Shown: one piece after another, positions 1 through 12,058 of the stretch | How positions within the stretch are numbered: the first letter of the stretch is position 1 | How the letters are laid out: every line of letters begins with the position of its first letter | Assembly: GCF_963921235.1 (NCBI RefSeq) | Contig: NC_086097.1 | Location: forward strand, 220,908,001 to 220,972,000 | DNA length: 64,000 nucleotides | Direction of reading: 5' to 3' | Source: Mobula hypostoma | Lineage: Eukaryota | The notes under the pieces: model-generated | Databases searched by the model: none | Seen by the model: the letters and a program-made list of their open reading frames with translations, nothing else | What the model was told of the DNA's origin: nothing | Translations under genes and position numbers: made by a program

Positions 1-447
1 TTTTGTGTACAGGGCTTGAAAAAAGCAACCTAGCTGACTTTGAACATTGTAAACAGTGAGTTGGTTGTTATGTCTCCCCACTTGCTGGGAAAATGGAGAC
101 ACCTCTTCCTCCCTTATTAGGGAGAGAGAGAACCTGTGGGATGTTGAAACGCGAAGTCTTTGGGGTAACTGCCAGTCTGTGTCTTTGCTGTCGCTTTGCT
201 CACGCTTGAGTGCTCGGTGGCGGTGCTGATGCTTTTTTTTTGCCGGTGGGGGGAGGGGGAATTGTTGCTCATTGCCACTTGCACACGGGAGGGGGGAGCT
301 GGGGGTGACTTTGGGGTTCTAACATTTAACTGTCGTTCATTCTTTGGGCACTCCTCTGTTTTCATGAATGGTTGTGAAGAAAAAACATTTCAGGACGTAT
401 ATTGTATACATTTCTCTGACATTAAATTGTACCTTTGAACCTTTGAG
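1..447 (+). repeat. 3' part of a non-coding retroposon ending in an (ACCTTTGA)n tail; related ends recur at about 25080-25140, 26310-26372, 31550-31600, 33210-33270, 39450-39510 and on the minus strand at 23075-23140 and 57410-57480
   Basis: Shared 3' motif of the type ctcagg-ttgtat...atac-tttgataataaa...actttgaactttga seen many times in the window; boundaries approximate. Confidence 0.55.
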
Positions 448-929
448 TAGTAAGAAAGAATAAAACAATAAGTTACCTCGGTTTAACAGGAGCTTTTGGT
501 TGACTCATTATAGAGCCTAATGGCCAAGAGTAAGAGTGACCTCATATAATGCTCTTTGGAGCAGCACAATTGTCTTACTGATATTAAGCTGCAGATGATA
601 CAGATTGCACCATTTGACAAAGTCCTCCACCAGGGCCCTGTATTCATCCTCCCATTATATACCCAACTATTGCTGAGTCATCAGAGAATTCCCGTAGATG
701 ACGTGACTCAGTGTTGTATCTAAAGTCCAAGGTATACAGTGTAAACAGGAAGGGAGCAAATACAGTATCCTGTGGGGCCCTAGTGCTGCGGTCTGGCAGT
801 AAGGTAATCCATTATCCAGGATACAATAGAAGTGGCAAGCTGCATTGAATGGAGCTTTTCCCCCAGCAATGACGGCTGTATGGTATTGAAGGCACTCGAG
901 AAATCAAAAAACATGGTCCTCACATATGA

Positions 930-1990
930 TATACATCTGAGGTCATTAGTCCCTCCCTTTCAGTTTTGTTTAGGCTTAACATCTACTTTCCTCATAACCA
1001 CTCCACCTGCTGACCTTCCACTCTGGTTCCCATCTCCCTCCAACTCCAGTTTAAACCCCTGGTGCAGAACTAGAAAACCTTCGTACAAAGATATTGGTCC
1101 CCCTTCAGTTCGGGTGGAAAATGTCCCATTTGTACAGGTCCTGTTTTTTTTCTGAATGAGAGCCCAATGATCCAAAAATCTGAAGTTCTCACTCCTGTAC
1201 CATCTCCTTAGCCACATGTTAAAAGGCATTATCTTCCTTTTTCAGGACACACTAGCATGTGGCAAAGGTATCAACCTTGAGATCATTTTCCTAGAAGTCC
1301 TGTCCTTTAACTAACTCCCTGAAATCACTTTGCAGGACCTCATCACCCTTTCTGCCTATGTCATTGGTACCAATGTGGACCAGGACTTTGGGCTGCTCAC
1401 CTTCTCCCTTAAGAATAGATTTGATCGAAGCTGACTCTGACCTTGGTACTTGAGAGGCAATATACCATCTGGGAATCTTGTCCTTATCCAGACTCTCCTA
1501 TCGGTCACTCTAACCAGCGAGTCCCTTATCTACTGTTTGCCTATTCTTTCTCTTTTGCTACTGATCCACAGAGCCAGACTCAGTGCCAGAGACCTAACTG
1601 CTGTGGTTTTCCTCTGCAAGGTTGTCCCCCCACAAATGTATCCAAAATGATATACTTGTTATTGAGGGGAAAAGCCATAAGGGTACTCTGCTCTGACTGC
1701 TTATTCCCTTTCACACTCCTGACAGTTACCCAGTTACTGTGTCCTGCAATTTAGGAATAACTGTCTCCCTGTAACTCTTGTCAATCAACCCCTCTATCTC
1801 CTGAATAATCTGTAGATCATCCAATTCCAGCTCCAGTTCCATAATGTGGTCTGTTAGGGGGTGCAGCCAGATACACTTCTCGCAGGGGTAGTCATCAGGG
1901 ACACTGCAGGTCTCCTGGACCGCCCACATCATGCAAAAGGAGCACACCACTGCCCTGGTCTCCATTCCCACTGCTCTGGCTTGTGTCAAT
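930..1990 (-). mobile_element. Degenerate CR1 LINE ORF1 region (Zn-finger/leucine zipper plus esterase-like fragments)
   Basis: ORF 1726-1989 (CSFCMMW...CEKC..L..HIMELELELDDL) and ORF 960-1229 (WLRRWYRSENFRFLDHW) resemble CR1 ORF1. Confidence 0.65.
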
Positions 1991-2106
1991 CAGAAGGATA
2001 GTGACTTCATATGTAAGTTTTTAAATCACACAATTTAAAACCTTTTCTTGTGTAACTATCAAGGACACAAACCCAATATTAGCATGCATGTAAAAATAAA
2101 GGTTAC

Positions 2107-2255
2107 CTTATACACAATTTTAACAAGTTCCACTGGGGTGAAACACTTCCCAGGATGCTCCTGAAAAACTTTTAAAATTTGCTCTTCCCTCAAGTTTCTG
2201 TGAAATATATATTCTCTGATTTTATCAGAAGCATTTTGCACAACTGGACCATGAC
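2107..2255 (-). CDS. LACTB2: LACTB2 coding exon 5 (149 nt; [27 protein letters not shown]...VKIVYK); further exons lie left of the window
   Basis: AG acceptor at 2256-2257, GTAACC donor at 2106; phase matches exon 4 (YP G|HG); MBL-fold YPGHG motif. Confidence 0.93.
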
Positions 2256-2864
2256 CTGGAATGCAAAATAGGGCATGAAAAATCAAAAAAGCAATTATTT
2301 CAATTGTTCACTCAGATAACACATGGCTATATACTGAATGCTATTTATTATCTCAACCAGCTAGCTAAATTATGGCATTTCTGTCTTGTATATAATTTGA
2401 ATATATAAAATCTGAGAAGAATAATTAGTTGAAAAAAAATTATATTAAAGGTTTGTTTTAGGAGTTCAAATACATTTTTGGTATTACAGAAGACATCACA
2501 GATGAGTTCAATGTAAAGAAAAAGTCGCCTCCCTCTGCAGATCAGAAATATAGAGCAAATAAAGGTTTCTAATTTGCTCGAAACTCATGTTTTTTCCAAT
2601 CCTGACAATGATTTGTGACTCAGTCTTTACAAAGTAACTATCTGGCATCAGAATAGATCACTATATTAATGATTACGAGGAACCACATCTCCTTACTACA
2701 TACAGTCTGGTTAAATTGGAATGCAAATATACCTTTGTTCTTAGCTCTTTCCACATAATATAACAAGCCTGGATCCAACAGTTCTGTGCTGGATCCAAGC
2801 TCAAGTGCCAAGTTCATGACACGCATACTGCACAATAACACAAGAATGCAAACTGAACTGCTGG

Positions 2865-3451
2865 TGTCGTGGTTTCTCGTTTCTTACAAACAACAAGGAG
2901 ACGCAGAAAATCCTTCAAGACGTTTTAAACTTTAATTTGCAAATCAAAGCTGAGACAATCAGAAAGCTAGTAGCTGACTGCCCATCGAGGCTTGTACACA
3001 GCACTCTTTATAGCAATCTCCTATCTTAGCTACATTATCATATCCGGACGGCCTGTGATCACATATCATCAATACATCCGCTCTCGACCTTCCACTATTG
3101 TTTTACTCCCCAATTTAATTATGTCCTAGTTTACTTTTTAGACCAGGTGTCCCCTCATCCCTAACCACAGTTATTTCTTAATCGGTCTTGTTTTGACATA
3201 CTGCCACATATTTCATTACCTTACTCGCCACCGTTATCTTCCTACTTGGTTTCATTCTAGTTCTCTTCATGAATTAATAGTGATTAGGTCAGAAGTCATG
3301 GCTACATAGTGAATACCCTCTATTCAGCTAGCAGTGGTTACATAGTAAATATAGAAAATATAATGTGTGCATTTGAGTAAATACTGAAATACTGTTGAGT
3401 AAATACTGTAATACATAGAAAATACAATGTATGCATTTACATTTTCCAATA
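2865..3451 (-). repeat. ERV 3' LTR (587 bp)
   Basis: Direct repeat of 17425-18020; by eye 12 substitutions and one 9-bp indel; minus-strand TATAAA at 3007-3012 and ATTAAA at 2931-2936. Confidence 0.96.
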
Positions 3452-3678
3452 TAATCGGCCCTTTGAGACCCACAGGGTCTCATACAGAGAGAGAGAGGAC
3501 TGAGAGTCTATGCACAAAAGCTCAAATAAAGCCACACATTTACTCCCAAATTTGGGTTCAACTATAGTCTTCTGCGCTAAGACTCAAAGTGTTCTCTCCC
3601 TAACTCCCTAGGCCGCTGAGCCAAAAACCCATCCCTTCGTAAGTGAGACAGGAAAAAAGACTGAGGAGCCTTCACAGC

Positions 3679-5168
3679 CTAATCCCCACATATCTCATCT
3701 CTCTCCTGTTCATCTTGCGTGTCTCGTAGACTGTACGAATACATCATCGGTGTCTCCTTCTCCATAGGGCTTGACCCAACAATTTCCAGGAGCATCGGAA
3801 ACCGTTTCATTGCAGCACGCACTACAAGCAACTTGAGGCATGGAAGAAAACAGCACAGAATGACCGCACAGCTTAGCAATACAATACCAATGGTTACTGC
3901 AATCTTGGTCAGCCATGCTCCCCAACCTCCTAGTCTATTGTTTAACCAGTCAAAGAACTGGTGTCCAAACCCTGCATTTTGTTTAACTTCCTTTCTTAGA
4001 TTTTTCAGTTTATTCATTGCTCTGGTAAACGATCCCTCCAGACTAGTATTATTCGGTATAAAAGTACAGCACTGTTCTCCAAACATTACACAAACTCCTC
4101 CTTTCTCTGCCAATAGCCAGTCTAGTACCTGTCTATTCTGCCATGCCACTCTACTGGTTGCATCTAGCTGCTGCCCCAAGGCCTCTAGTGCATCATCAGT
4201 GTAGTTAATGAATCTCTGTTGATTATAATATATATAATTTATCCATTCAACATTTTTACTAACCCCTATTATAGGTGTAAGTGCCTCCCAGCCCGCAGCA
4301 ATCTCATTTCTTGCCTTAAATTCATTAGGTATACCTCTCGGCTGTCCTATACTGTCAATTTGGATTGTTGGTTCAGGTTCATATTTTCTCTTCCTTCGTC
4401 GCAGTATCTGCTGCTTCAGAGCGTCAAATTGTACTTCAGGGGATACTACAACTTCTTGAATCAGCATAACTCGTGTACATGTACCTGTCCAACCGAGGGG
4501 GAGCGTGGATCTCAGTCCTCCCTCCTTCCCACAGAGCCACCAGGTATCTGCTAACGGGATGGTCTGGGCATCCAGTGCACCATCGGGCGGAGGGGTACCT
4601 GTCTTGTATCTCTGGCCTGGGGTTACATCCCAAGTCTCAGCACAGTTACCACTGAAATGTCCAACCAAGAGATCACCCGTCCGTGTGAAACATTCATAAC
4701 TCAAATGCTCCTGCACTTTGAGCTTTTCAAATGTGGATGTCTGGCTTCTTTTATTCATAGTCCACGGTCTGCTGTAATTACAGTTAGAGGCAAGCTTGTT
4801 TTGATCATACTGCGAGGAAGCCTGGTATAACATACACCAATAAGGGCACATTGGTGTGTTATCAATACATTTCCGATAACAAGGATCTATCCCGCTACAA
4901 ATTCCCATACTGCAGGTCTTGACTATACTTGGACACTGCTGCGCACACTGCCCCCTTCGCTCCTTTCGCCATTGCACGCAGGTGGAAGAGTTGTATGGCA
5001 TGGGGACTACATATTGTGCTGGATTTGCTCTTGAGCATACATAACAATTCTGTCTCTTCATCATCCCTGCTGTATAATTTGCCCATTGGTACCATATTGT
5101 CTGGTACCATGGTACGGAAGTAATCGTTGTGCTCCTCTTACTCCTTTCTCTCAGGTTTTGTGGGATCC
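3679..5168 (-). pseudogene. env: ERV env, main segment (SU and TM), cut off from its signal peptide by the L1 insertion
   Basis: CYVC (CxxC) motif, furin site RRRKR (4387-4401), immunosuppressive-like WQNRQVLDWLLAEKGG, CX6CC (CVMFGEQCC), hydrophobic anchor; frame open from the L1 junction to the stop at 3679. Confidence 0.95.
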
Positions 5169-5515
5169 TTTTTCTTTTTAAATCTTTTTATTGAATAAGT
5201 ATACAAAAAGGTAAGCCATATAGACACTAATACACTGTTAGAATATAATAAAATTACAGAAGATATTAATGCAAAAAAAAATACTACAAACAATGTAATT
5301 TAAACATAACATAATAGTAACATAATAGTATACTAATTTTATATATATATCAACAGAGAAAAGGAAACCCCCCCCAAAAAAAACCCACCGTGCAACTAAC
5401 TAAAAGCAAAGCAAAACAATGGGCTAACTAGAAACCAAACAGAGTTAAACTTAAACTCACGTCCTCAATCCCGACCTCCATTAAAAACAGTAAAAAAAAA
5501 CAAGAAGGGTATATA

Positions 5516-8500
5516 TTACATTAAATGAAAATATTGAATAAAAGATCTCCAAGTCTGTTCAAATTTAAATGAGGAGTCATAAAGATTGCTTCTAATTTTC
5601 TCCCGATTCAAGCATAATATCGTCTGAGAAAACCAAAAAAAGGTAGTTGGAGCATTAAGCTCTTTCCAATGTTGTAAGATACATCTTTTCGCCATTAAAG
5701 TAAGAAATGCAATCATTCTATGGGCTGAAGGGGAAAGATTACTGGAAATCTTAGGTAGTCCAAAGATAGCAGTAATAGGGTGAGGAGAGATATCTATATT
5801 CAATACCTTGGAGATAATATTAAAAATGTCTTTCCAAAAAGTTTCCAAAGTAGGGCAAGACCAAAACACATGAGTTAAAGAGGCTATCTGCCCCAGACAT
5901 CTATCACAAAAAGGATTAATATGAGAATAAAAGTGCGCTAACTTATCTTTGGACATATGAGCTCTATGAACAACTTTAAATTGAATTAGGGAATGTTTAG
6001 CACAGATAGAGGAAGTATTGACTAATTGTAAAATCTGCCCCCAGTCATCCACGGAAATGGTAAACCCCAATTCCTGTTCCCAATCTACCCTAATCTTATC
6101 AATTGGAGCTTTCCTAAGTTTCATAATAATATTATAAATCATAGCCGATGCACCTTTCTGACATGGATTAAGGTTGATTATAGTATCTAAAATGTATGTA
6201 GGAGGAAGCATTGGAAAGGAAGAAAGTATAGTACTTAGGAAATTTCTAACTTGTAGATATCTAAAAAAATGTATTCTTGATAAGTTATATTTATTAGATA
6301 ATTGTTCAAAAGACATAAGGGAACCATCTAAAAATAAATCCAAAAACCGTGAAATACCCTTAGTCTTCCAAATTTGAAAAGCACGATCCGTAAAGGAGGG
6401 AGGAAAAAATATGTTACCTAAAATAGGAATCGCTAACCCAAATTGATTAAGATCAAAAAATTTTCTGAATTGAAACCAAATACGTAAGGTATATTTAACT
6501 ATCGGGCTAGACACCTGTTTAAGGCGTTTCAAATCAAAAGGAAGAGAGGAACCTAAAATAGAACCAAGTGTAAAACCCTGAACAGATTGTAATTCCAATG
6601 CTACCCATTTAGGAATGGATAGTATATCCTGGTCGAGTAACCAGAATTTCATATGTCGAATATTAATTGCCCAATAATAAAATCTAAAGTTAGGTATTGC
6701 TAAGCCTCCATCTCTCTTAGCTTTCTGTAAATGTATCTTACCCAGTCTCGGGTTTTTATTCTGCCAAATAAATGAAGAAATTTTAGAGTCAACTTTGTCA
6801 AAAAAAGATTTTGGAACAAAGATTGGTAATGCCTGAAATATATATAAAAATTTTGGCAAAAAAAACATCTTAACTGCATTAATACGACCAAAGTTAAATA
6901 TAAAGGAAACCATTTCGATGAAAGTTGAATAATATGGTCTATTAATGGTAAAAAGTTAGTCTTAAATAAATCTTTGTATTTACAAGTAATTTTAATCCCA
7001 AGATATGAAAAATAATTATTAATCAATTTAAATGGAAATTTATAATATAAGGGAAGTTGTTTATTAATCGGAAAGAGTTCACTCTTACTAAGATTTAATT
7101 TATAACCTGAAAAAGACCAAATTGTGCTAATAGCTCTAAAACAGCCGGGATGGATTTCTGAGGATTGGAAATATATAAAAGTAAATCATCAGCATAGAGT
7201 GATAATTTATGGTACTTTAAGCCCCGAGTTATCCCAGTAATATTTGGAGATTCTCGAATGGCAATTGCAAGAGGTTCTAATGCAATATCAAATAATAAGG
7301 GACTAAGAGGACAACCTTGTCGAGTACCTCGAAAAAGAGGGAAAAAAGGTGAACTTAAAGAGTTAGTACGGACCGAGGCCACAGGAGAATGATATAACAG
7401 TTTAATCCAGGATATAAATTTCGAGCTAAAATTAAACATTTCAAGCACCTTAAATAAATAAGGCCATTCTACTCTATCAAAAGCTTTCTCAGCATCTAAA
7501 GAGATAACACACTCAGGAACATTTTGTGATGGAGTATAAACGATATTTAACAGTGTGCGAATATTATAAAAAGAGTAACAACCTTTAATAAAACCCGTTT
7601 GGTCTTCCGAAATAATAGAAGGAAGTACTTTTTCTAATCTATTTGCTAATAACTTAGAAAAAACTTTAGAATCAACATTTAATAAAGATATTGGTCTATA
7701 AGATGCACATTGAGCAGGATCTTTATCCTTCTTTAATATTAGAGAAATTGATGCTCTATTGAAAGATTCAGGAAGTTTACCAAGTTTCAATGAAGCCTGA
7801 AAAACCCTACAGAGCCAAGGGATTAACAAAGGAGCAAAACATTTATAAAATTCTACGGTAAACCCATCAGGGCCAGGAGCTTTCCCCAAATTCATAGAGA
7901 AAATAACATTCTTAATCTCATCCATGGTAATGGGAGTATCTAACATAGAAGACATATCCTGTGAAATCTCAGGGAAGTCTAAATTATCTAAAAAATCATT
8001 CATATATTTAGAATCTCGAGGAGACTCTGATTGATATAAGGAAGAGTAAAAATCACAGAAGGTTTGATTAATCCCCACATGATCAAGTATCAGTCGATCA
8101 TTTTGGTTATAAATCTGATTAATTTGAGATTTAGCATAATTAGACTTCAATTGATTAGCCAACAGTTTGCCAATTTTGTCACTGTGTACATAAAATTCAC
8201 TTCTTGTTTTCTTTAATTGGTTTACAATCGAGGATGAGAGTAATAAACTGTGTTCCATTTGAAGTTCAGTTCTTTGTTTATATAACTCCTCAGAAGGAGC
8301 TATAACATATTTCTTATTAATTTCCTTAATCTTGTCCACAATTACCAACTCCTCCTGCTTCAGCTTCTTCCTCAAAGCAGCAGAATACGAGATAATCTGA
8401 CCACGAATATAAGCTTTAAAAGTGTCCCAAAGAATGTTGACAGAAATATCCTCTGTATAGTTAATTGTAAAAAAAAGATCAATCTGTTCATTCATAAAGT

Positions 8501-9285
8501 TAACAAAGTCCGAGTCCTGAAACAGCAGCGAATTAAAACGCCATTGTCTATTATTTTGTATATTGGCCAGAATTTTAATAGAAAGCTTAAGTGGAGCATG
8601 ATCCGAAATGGTTATAGAGTCATAATCACATTTAATCACTGAGGAAATAAGACGAGAATCAATAAAGAAATAATCAATTCTTGAATAGGAATGATGAACA
8701 TGTGAAAAAAAAGAAAAATCTTTTTCCTGAGGATGCAAAAAACGCCAAATGTCCGTCGACCCAGAATCAGAAAGGAATGAATTAATCAAAGTTGCAGATT
8801 TATTAGGTAAGGTCCGTAAAGGAGCCGAACGGTCCAAAGCTGGAGACAAACAGGTATTAAGATCTCCGCCCCAGATCAATGAAAACTCATTCAAATTCGG
8901 AAACTGATTAAATAATGATTTATAAAATTCCGGACAGTCCATATTAGGAGCATAAACATTAACCAAAACTACTTTTTTATTAAATAGTAAACCACTAACC
9001 AATAGAAATCTACCATTCGGATCAGAAATAATATCATGTTGTATAAAAGTAACTGAGGAGTCTATAAAAAGAGACGCCTCGAATCTTAGCATTGGAGTTC
9101 GAATGAAACTGTTGTCCCTTCCAGAATTTAAAAAAACGTAGTCTGACCCCCCTCCGCACATGGGTCTCTTGTAAAAATAAAATTTGTGCTTTAAGTCTCC
9201 GGAACACTTTAAAAACTTTTTTCCTTTTAATAGGATGATTAAGACCATTAGTATTCCAGGAGACAAAATTAATAATAGACTCCAT
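5516..9285 (-). pseudogene. L1 ORF2 (AP endonuclease, reverse transcriptase, C-terminal CCHC) with three frameshifts (about 9070, 7110, 6890)
   Basis: SWNTNGL, FLQETH, GGDLN, SRIDY, SDH; KAPGPDG, YRPISLL, QGCPLSP, YADD; CDRC...HVFWSC. Confidence 0.93.
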
Positions 9286-9997
9286 AAACCCTAAAGTCAG
9301 CCCGCAACAAGGAGGATTGACGATAGGCTCGACCCACGAACCCGGAAAGGGAACAGAACAAATAAGAGATACCAGGAAGGAGAACGCAACCAATACTTCA
9401 ATAATATATATAGCCCAAGAAGAAAGAAACTAAAACGTGAAGCCCCTCCCACCACCCCCCACCCCATGACCCCAAGGCTAAATCTAATGCAGACCAGCCC
9501 GAAAGAAGCAAGCACTAAAACTAACCCCATGACTTCCGGTATACGCTCCCTAAAAAAAAGTGTAAATGTAAAAAAGATCAGCAGATTATAAAACAGTAAA
9601 AGAATAAAAAAAAAGATAACTCAATTAAAATAAACACATAACAGAATAAAAGCCAGAAAATATAAAAAAAACCGCAATAAACCCCAGACCCATGAGTAAA
9701 CAAAACAACAAAAAAAAAGATTATTAACATAAACTAGTTATAAAAACCTACAAAACAAAATAGATTTTAAAAAAACTACAAAATTTAAGGCCACAAAGGA
9801 AATACGTAAAATGACGATAAGGAAGTAACCACCCAGAATCCCCTGGAAAAAAGAAAGAAATGACGCAGTTAAAAAGAAAGTTTAGCAACCATATTAAGTA
9901 ATCAAAAATAAACTTTTCTGCCTAAATAGGGCAAAAAAAAAATTAAGACCGACAAATTCACAGCCTCCGATCAACGGAGATAGTTAAAATATTACGA

Positions 9998-10248
9998 TTA
10001 AGATGTTGAAGGTGAAAATTGATCCAGATAACTCTGGGCATCCGATGGAGATTCAAAAAAACGAAGGGCTCCATCCAATGTACGAATTCTTAAATGTGCA
10101 GGGTAAAGCAGCGCTGGTTTTAAATCCATCTTGTAGAGTTCCGACATCACAGATCTGTAACGAACCCGTTGATCCCGGATTGGTTTACTGAAATCCTCCA
10201 CGAATTGGAACTTAAGATCCAGAAAATCAATGAAACCTTTAGATCGAA
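9998..10248 (-). pseudogene. L1 ORF1 C-terminal fragment
   Basis: LLYPAHLRI...FFESPSDAQSYL resembles the L1 ORF1 C-terminal domain; lies upstream of ORF2. Confidence 0.8.
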
Positions 10249-10407
10249 CAGGTTTGTGGGATCCTAACAGTCCCATGCCACATCTGCCAAATTAATGGTC
10301 TCCAAATCTGCACAAGAGTATCTGAGTGTATCATCCCGGGGGGGCAGGACTGGTCGCCCCCAAGTCGTCCCCATTATCTGAAAGAGTACTACCATCCATA
10401 ACCCCAT
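10249..10407 (-). pseudogene. env: ERV env 5' segment: signal peptide MGLWMVVLFQIMGTTWG plus leader, overlapping the integrase tail in another frame
   Basis: ATG at 10407; joins in frame to LRERSKR across the L1 TSD; one in-frame TAG at 10264-10266. Confidence 0.7.
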
Positions 10408-11677
10408 CCTTAGGGTCTTCGGACCTGTCCTCAGGACCAAAAATTTCCCTTATTACTTGGTCAAGTTCCTGCGGTTCAGTGTCAGCTTCTTGTTGCTCTT
10501 GTCTGTCCCCTACTGTTTGTTCCTCTTCACCACTTACTGCGGGTGGCCCACCTGACTGTACCTGCGGGATTGCTCTAGTGCAGTGATTGAGATGATACCA
10601 GGTGGAGCGTCCTTCCACTTGTACTGTAGTGGGTGGTGCTTTGGTTACTATAAAGGGCCCTTCCCTTCTGGGTTCGTTCCACTTTCTTCGAAACGCTCGC
10701 GCGTAGACCTGATCGCCTGGCTTGATTGGTCCTTCCCCTTGATCAATCTCTGGCTCTTTCTGTTTTTCCTGTACATAAATAGACTTATGCATCATAGTTA
10801 ATTGCCGCATGTATTGTTTTAATTCCAATTCCAGTTGTTCTAAACTAGGCCGTTTATATGGTCCTCTCCACCGGGGCACTGGCATGGGCCTTCCGGTTAG
10901 CATTTCATGCGGTGTTAGACACGTCATCCGATTAGTCTGCATGCGGTAACTCATTAATGCTAACGGTAGTGCATCGACCCAATTAAGTTTAGTATCTGCA
11001 CAGATTTTGTTTAGTTTGGTTTTTAAGGTCCCGTTAATTCTTTCCATCATACCCTGCGACTGAGGGTGATACAAACATCCAAATCTCTGCTTTATTCTCA
11101 GTGCTTGCAGTATTAACTTGACCACTTTTTAAATGAAAGCTGAACCATTGTCTGAGCTAATTTCTGTCAGTATCCCAAACCTTGGGATCACTTCGTTTGT
11201 CAGGAATTTCACCACTGTTCCTGCCCCTTGATCTTTCGAGGGTACTGCCTCTACCCATCTGCTGAATCTGTCGATTACCATCAACATGTATCTTTTCCCT
11301 CTTACTGTTTTTATCATGTCTACATAGTCAATCACTGGGTGTTTAAATGGCCCTTCAGATACAGGTATATGACCTATTGGGGTTGTAATTCCTTTCCGAT
11401 TATTATTCTGCACACATACCTCGCACTGTGACAACACATGGTCTACTGAAGCCTGTAAATAAGGCGACCAAAATCCATCCTTTTTTATTTTTCTTATTAC
11501 TTCCCCCCTTGCACAATGATCCATCCCATGTGCTTCTGAGATCAGGATAGTCAGTAAAGGGGTGGGAGCTACCATAGGCCATCTTCTGTGGTCCATAGGC
11601 CTTCTGGGATTTGCTTGGCCCCCCCCTTCGTCTCCACAGAGTTCGTTCTGCCAAAGTTGCCTTTCCCTATATTTCAA
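10331..11677 (-). pseudogene. pol: ERV integrase, with an in-frame TAA at 11129-11131 and an upstream frameshift
   Basis: HHCC (HGMDH...CEVC), catalytic IDY, SDNG and PQSQGMMER motifs, C-terminal REGPF...WYHLNHC. Confidence 0.95.
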
Positions 11678-12058
11678 TTAGGTCCTCTACTATAGGTTCC
11701 GGCTCTAGACTTACCTGGGGTGCGCTGACAACAGATGTACACCCTGACGCTTTCCTGACTGCTTCAACTGCAGCTTGATTTCCCTTTGTTACTGTATTGT
11801 TTCCTTTTTTATGTGCCTGGCATTTTACTATAGCCAGTGCTTTAGGTTTCATCAGCGCTTTTATTAGATCTAAAATCTGCTGACAGTGCTGTATGGGATC
11901 TCCATTGCTCTTTTTAAAACCTCTCTGTTTCCACACTGTAGATTACTCCCCAAGCTTGTATGTCCTGCTTCCTTCATTATTTTCCTTAGTGGCGTTACAA
12001 TTTCAGCATATTCCCCAATCCAATCTGAACTATATCCTGTCAGTCCCAGAACGTCACA
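11667..12058 (-). pseudogene. pol: ERV pol remnant: RT thumb fragment fused directly to the C-terminal half of RNase H
   Basis: LGLTGYSSDWIGEYAEIVTPL followed by WKQRGF...AIVKCQAH...GNQAA; no YxDD motif anywhere in pol. Confidence 0.85.

Larger units (their letters stand above)
5170..10248 (-). mobile_element. 5'-truncated L1-clade LINE (~5.1 kb) inserted into ERV env
   Basis: TSD caggtt(t)tgtgggatcct at 5152-5169 and 10249-10265; AATAAA and A-rich tail at about 5170-5192; ORF1 C-terminus, long spacer, ORF2. Confidence 0.95.

Noticed and set aside
1..2106. LACTB2 exons 6-7
   Set aside because: No matching peptide found; the region is repeat-derived, so these exons presumably lie left of the window
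3679..5064. Domesticated syncytin-like env gene
   Set aside because: The signal peptide is cut off by the L1 and a stop codon; an open 1.5-kb frame is unremarkable in a provirus with ~2% LTR divergence
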